A stretch of DNA of 64,000 bases from an uncultured Clostridia bacterium (GCA_944383315.1 CALWPB010000004.1:10818-74817), one strand, 5' to 3'; shown: positions 10,601 to 20,984, numbered from the stretch's first letter. Notes: a model not told the origin generated them from the letters alone. Numbers and translations: made by a program.

Positions 10601-12262
10601 ACAATTTATTACAGAACCGCCACCATTAGCACCAGCAATACCACCTATAGCAGTTGCCGCAGTGCCTTGTGTAGCACCGATGTTGTAACAATTCCCTACC
10701 AATGAACCACTAACACTACCTACTATACCACCGACATAGTCGTGTCCAGTTATACCATTAAGGTTGTATGAATTTACAATACCTTTTGTAGCCCCTTCAA
10801 CAGCACTACCTGCACTTGCACTAATAGCACCGACCAAGCCACCAACATAATTATATCCTGATATACCACAATCGCTGTAACATTGTGAAATAAAACTATT
10901 TGTAGCATTACCAGCAATAGCACCTACGTATGAGTTTGTTGTATACCAAGAAGAATTAATTACACCAACACGCGTAATAGTTGCGTTATCCACATAACCA
11001 AATAAGCCAACAAGACCTGAACCTGCTGTTGAAAGATTACTAATTGTGTAGCCATTTCCATCAAAGTTACCAGAGAATACAAATCCCTGTCTTCCGATTG
11101 GGTTCCATACTGTTACATCACTCATATCAATGTTGCCACCCATTTGGAAGTAAAGCCCTGACATATTTTGTCCTGCCATAACAGCATCTGAAAGAATTAC
11201 CAAAAACTCTGATGTTGAGAATACAAAAGGAGCGCCTTGAGAACCATCACCACTATCAGCAGCCTCAGCAAGCATTCCTGTATAATCAGGAGTTGCACTT
11301 GCAAGAATTGCATCATTTGCGCTTGTGTTTACATCACCGTTTACACTAACAACCTCATCAGAAACGTCTGAAATACCTGGAAGCGCAATATTAATACAAG
11401 GACGAACACCATATTCATCAGCAGCATTTGCTTGCTTTACGACACCATCTTTAAGTACTGCTTGTGCTCCATTTACACTTGAACGTAACCAAGACGCATC
11501 ATCTCCAAGACGAATATTATTTGAAGTATTCCAAAGACCACTATTTAATGTAAATCCACTGGCTTCAATAGTCTTAAAACTGTTTACACGTGCCTTTGGT
11601 GAAGTAGAAGTATTCGCAAAACCACCAACTTCGTATGCACTAGGTATCCAGATTTTGTCGCCATTAATACCATCATTTCCAGAAATCTCGCCTTTGTTTA
11701 AAGTGCTTAATTCTATTGCCTGAGCTCCTGCTGCTTGATAGTAAATTTCATCTGCGCCATAAGGAATAATGTAACTTTCAATGTTGTCATAACCTATTTT
11801 TTCAATAAATTGTGGATAGAAAACATTATTTAAGTATTCTCTTACATCGCTTCCACTATAATCGTCATCGCCAAAAGGTAATGTTGCTACCGCCTCATTT
11901 GCGTAAAGGGTAACTATACCATCTTGCATATAAACTACAGTCCAAGAAATACCACCGAGTTCAATTACTGATGATACAATGCTACCACCAGCATTACCAA
12001 GTGCTACATTATCACCATATTGAGTTACATTATCTGTAAGTTTAGATAAAATGGAATTATTCCATCCTGTACTAGACAATAACGCACCAGAATCAAGTGA
12101 TTCAGTCTTTGAATTTGTATCGGGAGTAACGACAAAATTATCTTTTTGAGAAAGTACAACTCCCAGAGTAATCGCAGTTGCGCAAACCACCGCTAAAATA
12201 GTAAAAATTATTATTTTCAACCATTTTTTAGATAAGTTTACACCCCTGATATAAGTACTCAT
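7679..12262 (-). CDS. Large surface protein with N-terminal anchor, DUF6273/CLec-like domain, GLUG repeats and a beta-rich stalk
   Basis: N-terminal TM; YSGSDVREYLNN, KIWIPSAYEV and WLRS...YGVRPCINI motifs; FSGNFDGNGYTISNL and YVGGLVG repeats. Confidence 0.72.
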   Translation of the reverse strand: MSTYIRGVNLSKKWLKIIIFTILAVVCATAITLGVVLSQKDNFVVTPDTNSKTESLDSGALLSSTGWNNSILSKLTDNVTQYGDNVALGNAGGSIVSSVIELGGISWTVVYMQDGIVTLYANEAVATLPFGDDDYSGSDVREYLNNVFYPQFIEKIGYDNIESYIIPYGADEIYYQAAGAQAIELSTLNKGEISGNDGINGDKIWIPSAYEVGGFANTSTSPKARVNSFKTIEASGFTLNSGLWNTSNNIRLGDDASWLRSSVNGAQAVLKDGVVKQANAADEYGVRPCINIALPGISDVSDEVVSVNGDVNTSANDAILASATPDYTGMLAEAADSGDGSQGAPFVFSTSEFLVILSDAVMAGQNMSGLYFQMGGNIDMSDVTVWNPIGRQGFVFSGNFDGNGYTISNLSTAGSGLVGLFGYVDNATITRVGVINSSWYTTNSYVGAIAGNATNSFISQCYSDCGISGYNYVGGLVGAISASAGSAVEGATKGIVNSYNLNGITGHDYVGGIVGSVSGSLVGNCYNIGATQGTAATAIGGIAGANGGGSVINCIYYNSTNNNIGTPITSYETLRDKNAVATTYPNWAFRPANASGVWFMSNVVNDRLPMLYCFMKEATINLTSNTPDCTVSSTVTTATINTPVTITASAASSVGKHYQFVGWYHYDVDAAGNKIEGSEREFKLAADTTKGALAGGYYPFTYAFPNGIDDYYNLEAKFVRLYNFNIDPMFNGFTSAYAGGSTFSYSASTTPLNEDLTENASGVWYTEGTVLTINIGADAQRSYNSLLVGTQNGAVNTNVPNFGAGDAFYGLTGDSTTGWTYTITINDEYNKFSGGDTFWFRPVFDRVYQVTAVVTPPSGYSGTMPVGQVAFTDVSGAGVTVSTAKPGDSKNILFNNSSVNVSITNSSAITGLLKFKDWTLSNADGSLVGTIVNPTITTESETYSLLASLGNTATVMGDDVTTLRFTATFEYDQKTISITEYLDATANSAPGIVFLSSTEILDTSTINADNLSIQVSYASTVHVYVKPDYANGYDYELNTIKGEDGIALPADPSTGVYHGTFVADFTEASAAYDVVYSVMNTYSLAFNVTVDGVAPTDSSIFTFPNQSVSGLTLDAALSDYTVSVSDAEYMKYFLNNVNATIGGQTYNNIVAYQPSGIYQGTQGPQTIFDSTVSTLRSLYKKAGVIPAKNNQAITVTVNFITITRSITVIENLDGAQTPLGKYSITATGVTNGKADSDYILNDQITLTATSGNIGYRVDSITISGPTGTPSYTPAKGQWNNSGSITFTLTENATITINYTQRPYTITIGDNLNTEISADIPNLSVGAGYKNAYQYSINNAPAQAYVSAINAKYSNSLTITGYQTTFDVSIDSLARKAVLNSIVVMSGGSVVKTYEPTTEFQYELNDEYDNIQVVFVYRLLQALNVSFTDSIAGGDSASLVVLVNKDDPNDRIVMVIPAGGNVTVDCQVANYDIYVSVAIFIQTEVSGDGVTGEDSYQIAIQDGQAASVVVEVTKILNGTDSVFGSGTI

Positions 12263-12459
12263 ACAATGTCCTCCAATTTTATTTTTTAAACTTTCTTTTT
12301 TCTAAGTTGCAATAAAAATTCTCGTAAATACTTTGAAATTATTTTACCACATAAGGCAAAAAACTTACAAACAAAAAACGACATATTTTAAAAATATTTC
12401 ACTTTTTGCTTTTATTTTCCCTAAACTTTGTCAGAAAATACATAAAAAATACATATTTG

Positions 12460-13044
12460 TTATTTATGTTCATCTAAGTATGTTGCCATTAGGTCTGAAA
12501 CGTGCAAAAATACACATAAGGGGTACTTGTAAAACGCATCAGCGAGCGAATATGAACCACCCCTTACCCTCGCATCAAAGCCACCCATATGCCAATTTAT
12601 CGCCATTGCTTCTTCGCGAGTCAAACGCAAAAAACCATTTATGATGTATACAGATTTTTCGCCGTGTCCATAAGGCAAATTATCTTCTACCGTATAATAA
12701 GGTTGCTGTACCCAATTCCCGTCAACTTTAACATTTTTATAATCGACTTTGTATGTATTCGCTTTACAAATATCGTGTAATAGCGCAAGCAATACAATAG
12801 TTTCGTGAGAAATCTGCTGTTCCCAATCTTCTCCATACTCACTACGTACAAGTGTCATAAATCTATTGTAAACATTCAAACTATGCGCGCAAAGTCCACC
12901 TTCGCAAGCGGAATGGAATTTAGTACTTGCAGGTGCAGTAAAAAAATCAGTTGTTAGTAACCATTCAAGCAATTTGTCTGCCCCTTCCCTTTTCACATTT
13001 TCCGTAAACAAGGTAATAAATTTCTGTTTATTCTCTTCTATCAT
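12460..13044 (-). CDS. HD-domain hydrolase
   Basis: FFTAPASTKFH, HSLNV, LLHDICK, GHGEKSV and WHMG motifs. Confidence 0.85.
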   Translation of the reverse strand: MIEENKQKFITLFTENVKREGADKLLEWLLTTDFFTAPASTKFHSACEGGLCAHSLNVYNRFMTLVRSEYGEDWEQQISHETIVLLALLHDICKANTYKVDYKNVKVDGNWVQQPYYTVEDNLPYGHGEKSVYIINGFLRLTREEAMAINWHMGGFDARVRGGSYSLADAFYKYPLCVFLHVSDLMATYLDEHK

Positions 13045-13146
13045 TTGTAAATTCCTTTATTTTTATAGATTAATTTTATTAAATAACAAAAATTATGTCA
13101 AACAAAAACCCCCTTATCAAAAAGAAAAAGATGTGAATTTCACATC

Positions 13147-13491
13147 TTATCTTGACATCTCTTCTTCATTTACGTATTTGTCTTTTACAGGCTGTGGAAC
13201 TGACCTATTCATAAACTGTAAAGAGTTTTCATATTCTTTTCCATTTTTCTCTACAATAATGTGAGAAGGGGTTGCACTTTTAGCGGCTTCCTCTTTCTTT
13301 TGTTGCTCTAATGCTTCGAAATATGCTTGTGATTTGTACTTTGGTGCAACTTTTTGCATATCCTCACCATTGTAAGGTGGTACATAAGTTTTATCCATTA
13401 CGTGCAAAGTGCTGTAATATTCTTTCCCCTCAATCACAACAACATTTTTTTTGCTTTTTTCTACTAAATTTTTTGCTCCGTGTATACTCAT
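13147..13491 (-). CDS. Hypothetical protein
   Basis: 114-aa ORF with AGGAAG RBS; no recognisable motif. Confidence 0.55.
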   Translation of the reverse strand: MSIHGAKNLVEKSKKNVVVIEGKEYYSTLHVMDKTYVPPYNGEDMQKVAPKYKSQAYFEALEQQKKEEAAKSATPSHIIVEKNGKEYENSLQFMNRSVPQPVKDKYVNEEEMSR

Positions 13492-13760
13492 ATAATCACT
13501 TCCTATATATTATTATATAAATATATATAACATAAACCATTAAAATATTCAAGTGCTAAATCTTAATTTTATTGCAAATTTTGAATTATTATGTTAAAAT
13601 TATATTTTAGAGGTCAAATTTAATAAACTATTAATGAAATTTAAATTTATTCATTAAACACAATTTTTATTACAACCTTAATTTATATTAAGTAAACGAC
13701 CTAAAATTTTATTTAAACTTTAAATTTAATTAAATATCTTACAATTAAAGGAGCAAATTA

Positions 13761-15146
13761 ATGGACATTAAAGAGATTGTAGACAAGCAAAGAGAATTAT
13801 TTTTGACTGGCAAAACTCTTGATTATGAATTTAGGAAACAGCAACTGCATATTTTGGAGCAAACTATCAAAAAACACACAAATGAGTTACTTGAAGCATT
13901 TAAAGCAGATTTAAACAAATGCGAATTTGATGCAGTTACTACAGAAATAAGTCTTGCAATGCAGGAGTTGCGATATCAACGCAAGCATTTACGTAAATTT
14001 ATGCGCCCCCGCTCTGTTCGTACTACTTTGTTGAATTTCCCTGCAAAAGGCAAAATAATTTACGAACCTTATGGAAATGTGTTGATTATGTCGCCTTGGA
14101 ACTACCCATTTCAACTCACTATTAATCCACTTATTGCAGCCATTGCTACGGGAAACACAGCCGTTGTGAAGCCTAGTGCTTACACCCCAAATGTAGCACA
14201 AGTTATCAAAAATATGCTTGACGAATTTGACCCTGCATATATTGCAACAGTTATGGGCGGTCGTGCGCAAAATCAAGAACTTCTTGACCAGAAATTTGAT
14301 TTGATTTTCTTCACTGGTAGTAAAGAAGTTGGTCGCGTTGTAGAAGAAAAGGCTTCACAACACCTATGCCCTGTTATTCTTGAACTCGGTGGTAAATCGC
14401 CCTGCATAGTTGATGAAACCGCAAATATTAAGACCGCAGCACGCAGAATCGCTTGGGGTAAATTTCTAAATGCTGGGCAAACCTGCATTGCACCTGACTA
14501 TATCTTGGTACATTCTTCCGTTTATGATAATTTTATCAATACAGTTGTTGAACAGACAAAACAATTTTTCTACACTGACAAAAAACTTAATGATAATTTT
14601 ATGTATATTGTCAACGAAAAACACGTTGAGCGACTAAAAGGCTTAATTGACAAGAAAAAAGTTGTATTTGGTGGCAAAGTCAACGGTAGACAATTAGAGC
14701 CAACTATTATGAAAAATGTAAGTTTTGACGATGCTGTGATGCAAGAAGAAATATTCGGCCCAATTATGCCAATAATCAAATATGACGACATTAATGAAGT
14801 AATTAATTACATTAACGCACACGATAAACCATTAGCCTTATACTATTTTTCACGTAACAAACAATCTATCAACAAAGTTGTAAACTTGACAAGTTCGGGT
14901 GGTGTCTGCATCAATGAAGTAATTATGCATTTCACTGAGCACAATCTCCCCTTTGGTGGTGTTGGGGCAAGTGGTATGGGCAACTATCACGGTAAGCACT
15001 CATTTGCATCATTCTCCCACGAAAAATGCATACTTAAAAAGAGCCCAAATGTTGAACTTATGATTAAATATCCGCCATATACAGAGAAAAAGTCGCAATT
15101 TGCATACTTTTATCTTGGTCATAAACATCAAAAAGACGATAAATAA
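13761..15146 (+). CDS. NAD(P)-dependent aldehyde dehydrogenase (ALDH3-like)
   Basis: PWNYP, FFTGS, LELGGKSP, NAGQTCIAPD and EEIFGP motifs. Confidence 0.93.
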   Translation: MDIKEIVDKQRELFLTGKTLDYEFRKQQLHILEQTIKKHTNELLEAFKADLNKCEFDAVTTEISLAMQELRYQRKHLRKFMRPRSVRTTLLNFPAKGKIIYEPYGNVLIMSPWNYPFQLTINPLIAAIATGNTAVVKPSAYTPNVAQVIKNMLDEFDPAYIATVMGGRAQNQELLDQKFDLIFFTGSKEVGRVVEEKASQHLCPVILELGGKSPCIVDETANIKTAARRIAWGKFLNAGQTCIAPDYILVHSSVYDNFINTVVEQTKQFFYTDKKLNDNFMYIVNEKHVERLKGLIDKKKVVFGGKVNGRQLEPTIMKNVSFDDAVMQEEIFGPIMPIIKYDDINEVINYINAHDKPLALYYFSRNKQSINKVVNLTSSGGVCINEVIMHFTEHNLPFGGVGASGMGNYHGKHSFASFSHEKCILKKSPNVELMIKYPPYTEKKSQFAYFYLGHKHQKDDK

Positions 15147-15294
15147 GGCAAAACTATTCGTAAAAACCTTAAAAAGTCGTAATTTTTAATAGGGAGTAAT
15201 TCATTTTAAACAAAAATCTCGGCTCTAAAATCATTTTACAAGCACAAAAAAAGACAAAGTCATAATAAACTTTGCCTTTTTTATTATTCTCGCA

Positions 15295-15519
15295 TTATTT
15301 TGCACGAGAATTACGAGTGCTTGCACGAGTTCCACTTGACTTAGTGTTGCTCTTGGCTCTAGTGCTAGTACTGTTAGCACGTGTGCCTGAACACATTTCC
15401 GTACCGCTTTCTACCATTTTGTTTGTACGGTTCTTATTGCCACCGCAACGACCGCCACAACTCTTGGTTGCTGATGCGCGAGTACGAGCATTGGAATTCG
15501 TAGATGACTTGGTAGCCAT
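15295..15519 (-). CDS. Small highly basic Ser/Thr/Arg-rich protein (74 aa)
   Basis: GGAGGTGG RBS before ATG at 15519 (MATKSSTNSNARTRAS...); the longer ORF call upstream runs through a terminator. Confidence 0.6.
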   Translation of the reverse strand: MATKSSTNSNARTRASATKSCGGRCGGNKNRTNKMVESGTEMCSGTRANSTSTRAKSNTKSSGTRASTRNSRAK

Positions 15520-15754
15520 TATTCCACCTCCGTTTTTTGTAATCCGCGGTTTACGATAGTATTTTGTGTTGAAATATAAAAAACATTCGTTATATATTAT
15601 GTAAAAGATTGTAAAGTGCGTAGCCGCACGCGCGATAAGAAAAAATAGACAGTATTTTTTGCTAATGCTTTTTATTGGGTGTGCACCTATGCACAATTTT
15701 AAATTAGGAATTTTGGACACGCAAGTGTGAGTACCAGCACCATAGAACGCACAA

Positions 15755-15786
15755 TAAAAAAAGCACATAAGTTATGTGCTTTTTTT
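15755..15786 (-). terminator. Intrinsic terminator after the DAK2 gene
   Basis: AAAAAAAGCACATAA-g-TTATGTGCTTTTTT inverted repeat. Confidence 0.7.
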
Positions 15787-17425
15787 ATTCGACACTTATT
15801 AGGTAATAGTAAACTGATTGTCCGCCTGGAATTACCGAAACTTCACACTCAGGATACTTCTCTTGTAGTTTTTCACAAAGTGCATTTGCATCTTCCTCAT
15901 TAACTCCCTCACCGTAAAAAAGTGTTATGTTGACTTTATCTTCATTCATCATCTTTTCTACAAGTTTGATAGTTGCTTCACTTACCAAAGTATCTTTTGA
16001 TTGAATCTTTCCGCCTTCAATACCTATGATATCGCCTTCTTTCAAATCAAAACCATCAATGTGAGTCTTACGGACAGCATAAGTAACGGCTCCACTTGAC
16101 ACACTGCTACGAGCAGTATTCATTGCTTCTGTATTTTCTTCTACTGTTCCATCCATATTAAATGCAAGGCACGCTGAAATACCTTCGGGAATTGAAACCG
16201 TAGGTATAACGTGAATAAAGCGCTTTGTTAAATTTTGCGCTTGCTCGGCAGCAAGAATAATATTTTTGTTATTTGGGAACACAAAAACGTGATTACTTGG
16301 AACTTTCTCTACTGCTTTTGCGATATCATCAGCACTTGGGTTCATAGTTTGCCCACCCTGTACAATTTGGTCTACACCCAAATCTTTAAATACTGCGGCA
16401 ATACCATCACCTGACGCAATAGCCACCATACCAAAAGGTTTGGTAAATTGTTCAGCCTTTGCCCTTGCCGCTTTTAATTCTCTATTTTGCTGAACCATAT
16501 TTTCAATCTTGATGTTGTGTATCTCGCCCAATTCAAGTGCATAGCCTAATGCTCTATTTGGTTCGTTAGTGTGAACGTGAACTTTTACTAAACTCAAATC
16601 CCCTATACAAATTACTGAATCACCGATTGCCATTAATTTCTCACGGAGTTTATCAATATCGGACTCCGTTGTCTTTTTATTCATCTCTATAACCATAAAC
16701 TCAGTACAATAAGCAAATTCGATATCAGCAAGATTTTCATAATTAATTATCGCGCTATTATCTTCAATAGGTTTGGCTTCTTCCGCTTCTTTAATAATGA
16801 ATTCTTCGTCTTCGGTAAGTAGTCCTTTGTAAAAACCTGTAAAGATTACAAGCAACCCTTTACCACCTGCGTCAACTACACCTGCTTGTTTAAGTACAGG
16901 AAGCAATTCTGGAGTTTGCTCTAATATTTCTTCACCTGTTTTTAATACTTGATCAAAGAACCCTTCAAAGTCTGCGTGTTTCTTCGCTGCTGCTTCTGCA
17001 CTGTCTGCCATAACTCGAATTACTGTAAGCACTGTACCTTCTTTTGGAATTGATACTGCCTTATATGCGTATTCAGCACCACCACGCATTGCTTTTGCAA
17101 ATATTTTGGTGGTTATTTCAGTATGTTTGATAATCTCGTTTGCCATTCCGCGTAAAATCTGTGAAAGAATAACACCTGAGTTACCTCTCGCACCACGCAA
17201 AGCACCTTTCCCTAATGCTTCACCTAGGATATCAAGGTTGTTGGTTGGACATTCATTTACTTCTTTTGTGGCTGACATAAAAGTCATTGCCATATTATTT
17301 CCTGTATCTCCGTCGGGCACTGGATATACATTTAAACTATCAATATATTTTCTATTGTTTCCCAAATATACATTTGCGGCGTTTATCATTCTACGTAATA
17401 TTGCACCGTTTATACTCTTTTCCAT
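15785..17425 (-). CDS. fakA: DAK2-domain fatty acid kinase subunit A (YloV/FakA)
   Basis: LNVYPVPDGDTGNNM, GARGNSGVILSQ and VKVHVHT motifs; follows Asp23. Confidence 0.9.
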   Translation of the reverse strand: MEKSINGAILRRMINAANVYLGNNRKYIDSLNVYPVPDGDTGNNMAMTFMSATKEVNECPTNNLDILGEALGKGALRGARGNSGVILSQILRGMANEIIKHTEITTKIFAKAMRGGAEYAYKAVSIPKEGTVLTVIRVMADSAEAAAKKHADFEGFFDQVLKTGEEILEQTPELLPVLKQAGVVDAGGKGLLVIFTGFYKGLLTEDEEFIIKEAEEAKPIEDNSAIINYENLADIEFAYCTEFMVIEMNKKTTESDIDKLREKLMAIGDSVICIGDLSLVKVHVHTNEPNRALGYALELGEIHNIKIENMVQQNRELKAARAKAEQFTKPFGMVAIASGDGIAAVFKDLGVDQIVQGGQTMNPSADDIAKAVEKVPSNHVFVFPNNKNIILAAEQAQNLTKRFIHVIPTVSIPEGISACLAFNMDGTVEENTEAMNTARSSVSSGAVTYAVRKTHIDGFDLKEGDIIGIEGGKIQSKDTLVSEATIKLVEKMMNEDKVNITLFYGEGVNEEDANALCEKLQEKYPECEVSVIPGGQSVYYYLISVE

Positions 17426-17473
17426 TTACTAAAACCTCTAAAACTCTAAATTGAAATAGGAAAATGATGTAAG

Positions 17474-17824
17474 CTAAACTCTTACACCTATTACATTTAT
17501 ATTTACGGTATCGACTATCATTCCTGAGAATTCTTCGACACGATACTTGACCGCTTTTTTCAAAGACTCAGCGACTGCACTAATCGATACACCATATTTT
17601 AATACTACAAATAAATCTATAAAAATTCTATTTTCGTTTGTGATAACTTTGACTCCTTTACCAAGTTGCTGTTTTTTAAACAAGTCTGCAAAGTTATCAC
17701 TCAATTTTTTTGACACAAGGTCAACGACACCATAGCAATCTAATGCCGCACTTGCCGCAATCGCAGCAATTGCATCATCTGCTATATATATCTTACCATA
17801 ATAGTTAGTTGTGGTAACTGACAT
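17474..17824 (-). CDS. Asp23/Gls24 family protein (YloU)
   Basis: G.I.I.DDAIA..A..AALDCYGVV motif; canonical position between rpmB and yloV. Confidence 0.9.
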   Translation of the reverse strand: MSVTTTNYYGKIYIADDAIAAIAASAALDCYGVVDLVSKKLSDNFADLFKKQQLGKGVKVITNENRIFIDLFVVLKYGVSISAVAESLKKAVKYRVEEFSGMIVDTVNINVIGVRV

Positions 17825-18058
17825 AAAACCTCGCTAGTTGTGTGTACATAGTACAAAGTTTATTGTACTACTAAACCCGTAATTTATCAAGTGTTTTGGT
17901 AAACTTTTTTGTAATTTTAACAAACTTTAAAAAAATATATGCAAATAGGGTTGCAAAAATAATAAAAAAATGATACAATGTTACTACAATTTTTCGGTAT
18001 AGTCTGGATTAGACTATTATCGGGCAAATAAACAATATGACACAGGGGGTGTTTTTAT

Positions 18059-18256
18059 ATGAGTAAAGTATGCGAGAACTGCGGTAAGACACAAATGGCT
18101 GCAAACCAAGTGCACCGTCAAAGTCAATGGGTACAACGTCGTACCTCATCGCCAAAGCAAGTAAACTTGCAAAACGTAACTGTTACTGATGAAAACGGCA
18201 ACAAATGCAAGAAAAAACTTTGCACCCGTTGCATTAAAAAAATGAAGGCTGACTAA
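18059..18256 (+). CDS. rpmB: 50S ribosomal protein L28
   Basis: MSKVCENCGK...NLQ...LCTRCIK; divergent from yloU as in Firmicutes. Confidence 0.85.
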   Translation: MSKVCENCGKTQMAANQVHRQSQWVQRRTSSPKQVNLQNVTVTDENGNKCKKKLCTRCIKKMKAD

Positions 18257-18404
18257 TGCTTTTTGACTACTCTATTAATTGGGGTAGTTTTTTTATTGAT
18301 TTTTCATATACTGCTTAAAAAATAATATTTATTTAGAAAACGTTATAGACAAAAACTATATATAGTGTTATTATTATATAGAATACAAAGGAGAATCAAA
18401 TAAT

Positions 18405-19055
18405 ATGGCATCACTAATCGGTACTGACTCCACTATGAGAACAACTATAAACAAGCAATATTCCAAACAAGAGCAAGCAGAATGGTTGGAAAAACAACTA
18501 AAACACATTCAAGAAAACTATGACACATATAAAAATTTCATAGGTGGAAATTATCAACGTAAATCTTTCCCACAGTTTAAAACTAAAGGTAGGAATAGTC
18601 TTGAAGAATTAAATATTAACTGGGAAATCATTGATAAAAAACTTTACATAGCCCTAATATTTAAAACCAACGATTTAAAGAAATATGAAATTTTGGAAAC
18701 ATTGCGCAGCAATGGTTGTTTTAAACAAACACTAGGAAAAGACTTACCACAGTTAGTGCAAACCCTAGACAACTACATTGCGTTATGTTACAGTGCTAAT
18801 GACGACATAATTCCCTACTGGAATAAAGAAAAATTACGCAATCAGTTTACCCAGCAATACACTCAAACAACGCGAGAAAAAGTCTATTCTGTTGTAAAGA
18901 AAAAAGAATTTGAGAAGAAAATTGATAACCTTTTGCCGAAAACTTTTGATATAAACGAACTAAGAGGAAAAAACTATCTCTATATTCCCTTGCTTGTTAA
19001 AAACAATACCAAAGACATATCCTTTGATACGATAAACCATTCAAGGCTTAAATAA
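18405..19055 (+). CDS. Hypothetical protein
   Basis: 216-aa ORF with AAGGAG RBS, followed by a hairpin terminator at 19035-19064. Confidence 0.6.
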   Translation: MASLIGTDSTMRTTINKQYSKQEQAEWLEKQLKHIQENYDTYKNFIGGNYQRKSFPQFKTKGRNSLEELNINWEIIDKKLYIALIFKTNDLKKYEILETLRSNGCFKQTLGKDLPQLVQTLDNYIALCYSANDDIIPYWNKEKLRNQFTQQYTQTTREKVYSVVKKKEFEKKIDNLLPKTFDINELRGKNYLYIPLLVKNNTKDISFDTINHSRLK

Positions 19056-19407
19056 ATAAAACGCACTTTTTAGTGCGTTTTATTTAACGTCTCAAAATGC
19101 CTATTAATCTTATTTGTTTATTCTAACTCTTTCCACTTTGATGAGTGTTAAACAGCATAATAAAAGGCACTTAGCTAAAACAATTTGATTCAAAAACAAA
19201 AAAGATATACTTTAGTATACCCTAATTTGCAATTTGTTTATGAAAAATCAACTTAAACAATCCCCTTAAAAACCTTGGCGCTTTAATAACTATTATCCGC
19301 ACTGTATTCCCCCTATATTAATTTAATAATACTTATGCGGGAAATAATTTTTTGGTGAAAAAATAATAGTTTATATAACGAAAGTTTTTGATATTGCTTA
19401 TAATCAT

Positions 19408-20079
19408 TTAATTATTTACTGATTTCAAAGTCCTAATAAATTTGGTTTTATCGGGAGCATTAAACATTGCGCTCCCTACTACAAGCACGTCAGCACCTAA
19501 TGAAACAATAGTACCTGCATTTTGCTCATTTATACCGCCGTCTACTTCTATCAAAAAGTTATAGCCGTTTTGCTCGCGAAGGGCTGATAGTTCTGCAATT
19601 TTTGATAAACTCTCATTCATAAATTTCTGCCCACTTTGTCCCGGTTCTACACTCATAACAAGCACAATATCAACAAAAGGCAAAAAGTTTTCAATGGCAG
19701 AAACAGGAGTTTCTGGCTTTATAGACAAGCCAGCCTTACAACCCAAATTTTGTATTTGGCGAATAGCATTTATAATGGCAATAGTACCGTTTAATGCTTC
19801 GTAATGGACTGTAATGTGGCTAGCACCCGCTTTTGCATAAACATTCAATTTATCAAGTGGATTTTCCACCATCAAATGCACGTCCATAATGCCATTTACC
19901 CGTTTAGCAAGAAGGCTAACAACTATCTCATCAATAGTCTTGCGCTCAACAAAGCGACCGTCCATAACATCGCAATGTATCCAGTCAGCCCCTTCACGCA
20001 AACAATCTCTTGAATAATCAATTAATTCCCCAACTGGACAAGGGTCAGTGCTTGGGGCAACAATAATTTTTTTATCCAT
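19408..20079 (-). CDS. rpe: Ribulose-phosphate 3-epimerase
   Basis: IHCDVMDGRFV, DVHLMV, VMSVEPG and IEVDGGIN motifs. Confidence 0.93.
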   Translation of the reverse strand: MDKKIIVAPSTDPCPVGELIDYSRDCLREGADWIHCDVMDGRFVERKTIDEIVVSLLAKRVNGIMDVHLMVENPLDKLNVYAKAGASHITVHYEALNGTIAIINAIRQIQNLGCKAGLSIKPETPVSAIENFLPFVDIVLVMSVEPGQSGQKFMNESLSKIAELSALREQNGYNFLIEVDGGINEQNAGTIVSLGADVLVVGSAMFNAPDKTKFIRTLKSVNN

Positions 20080-20938
20080 AAATCTTTTTCTCCTTTTCTA
20101 CTGCGGTATTAAATAACTGCACAAATCGTTCATATCGGGGCTTACTGATTTTGCCTTCGGCGAGTGCTCGTTTTACCGCACAATCTTCAATTTTTTCACT
20201 AATATGGTTACAATTATTATACTTGCAATTTGGGCTAAAATCCTTAAATTCGGGATAATTATCTATTATATTTTCGGGTGAAAAATCATCGAGTTCAAAA
20301 GCATTAAAGCCTGGTGTATCGGCAAGCATAGCGCCATTTTCAAGCACGAAAATTTCACTATGGCGAGTTGTATTTCTTCCTCTACCGATGCGGCTTAACT
20401 CGCCCGTTTCCATTTGAACATCGGGAAGTAAGCAGTTAAGAATACTTGTTTTACCTACTGCTGATTGTCCTGTAAGTATACTAAATTTACCTGACAAAAC
20501 GGGGTTTAGGACTGTAGAGGTCGTGTTATAATCAAGCGCGGATATTAAACAAATTTGACAAATTTTACCGTATTGTGCTGTGATTTCTTCAATAACAGCA
20601 GTAGAGCAAATATCAATTTTATTTATTACAATCACAGGTGTAATGCCAAGTGAAAAGAACTTGATTAGAAGTTTGTCTACAAGCATCAAATCAGGCTTTG
20701 GGATAGGCGCTAACACAATTAGTGCTTGCTCAACGTTTGCTAGTGGCGGGCGTATTAGGAAATTACGGCGCGGAAGTAAACGCTCTACAACTCCCAAATC
20801 TTCGTCCACTTCGACAAAATCGCCAACATATAATTTGTCTTCTTTTAGTTTTTTTCTACCTTTGAGGGTTAGAACTTTCGTATCACTCTTTACTTGAAAC
20901 TCACCTGCTACGGCTTTTATAATCTGCGCTTTAATCAC
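20072..20938 (-). CDS. rsgA: Ribosome small subunit-dependent GTPase A
   Basis: NKID, GQSAVGKTS, GRNTTRH and DTPGF motifs; C-terminal CKYNNCNH...C zinc site. Confidence 0.93.
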   Translation of the reverse strand: MIKAQIIKAVAGEFQVKSDTKVLTLKGRKKLKEDKLYVGDFVEVDEDLGVVERLLPRRNFLIRPPLANVEQALIVLAPIPKPDLMLVDKLLIKFFSLGITPVIVINKIDICSTAVIEEITAQYGKICQICLISALDYNTTSTVLNPVLSGKFSILTGQSAVGKTSILNCLLPDVQMETGELSRIGRGRNTTRHSEIFVLENGAMLADTPGFNAFELDDFSPENIIDNYPEFKDFSPNCKYNNCNHISEKIEDCAVKRALAEGKISKPRYERFVQLFNTAVEKEKKIYG

Positions 20939-20984
20939 TTTAACCTCGTATTTTTATTAATATTATGAATATTTATGCAATAAA

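Noticed and set aside
15520-15768. N-terminal extension of the 157-aa ORF 15295-15768
   Set aside because: It starts inside a terminator hairpin; the strong RBS supports ATG at 15519.
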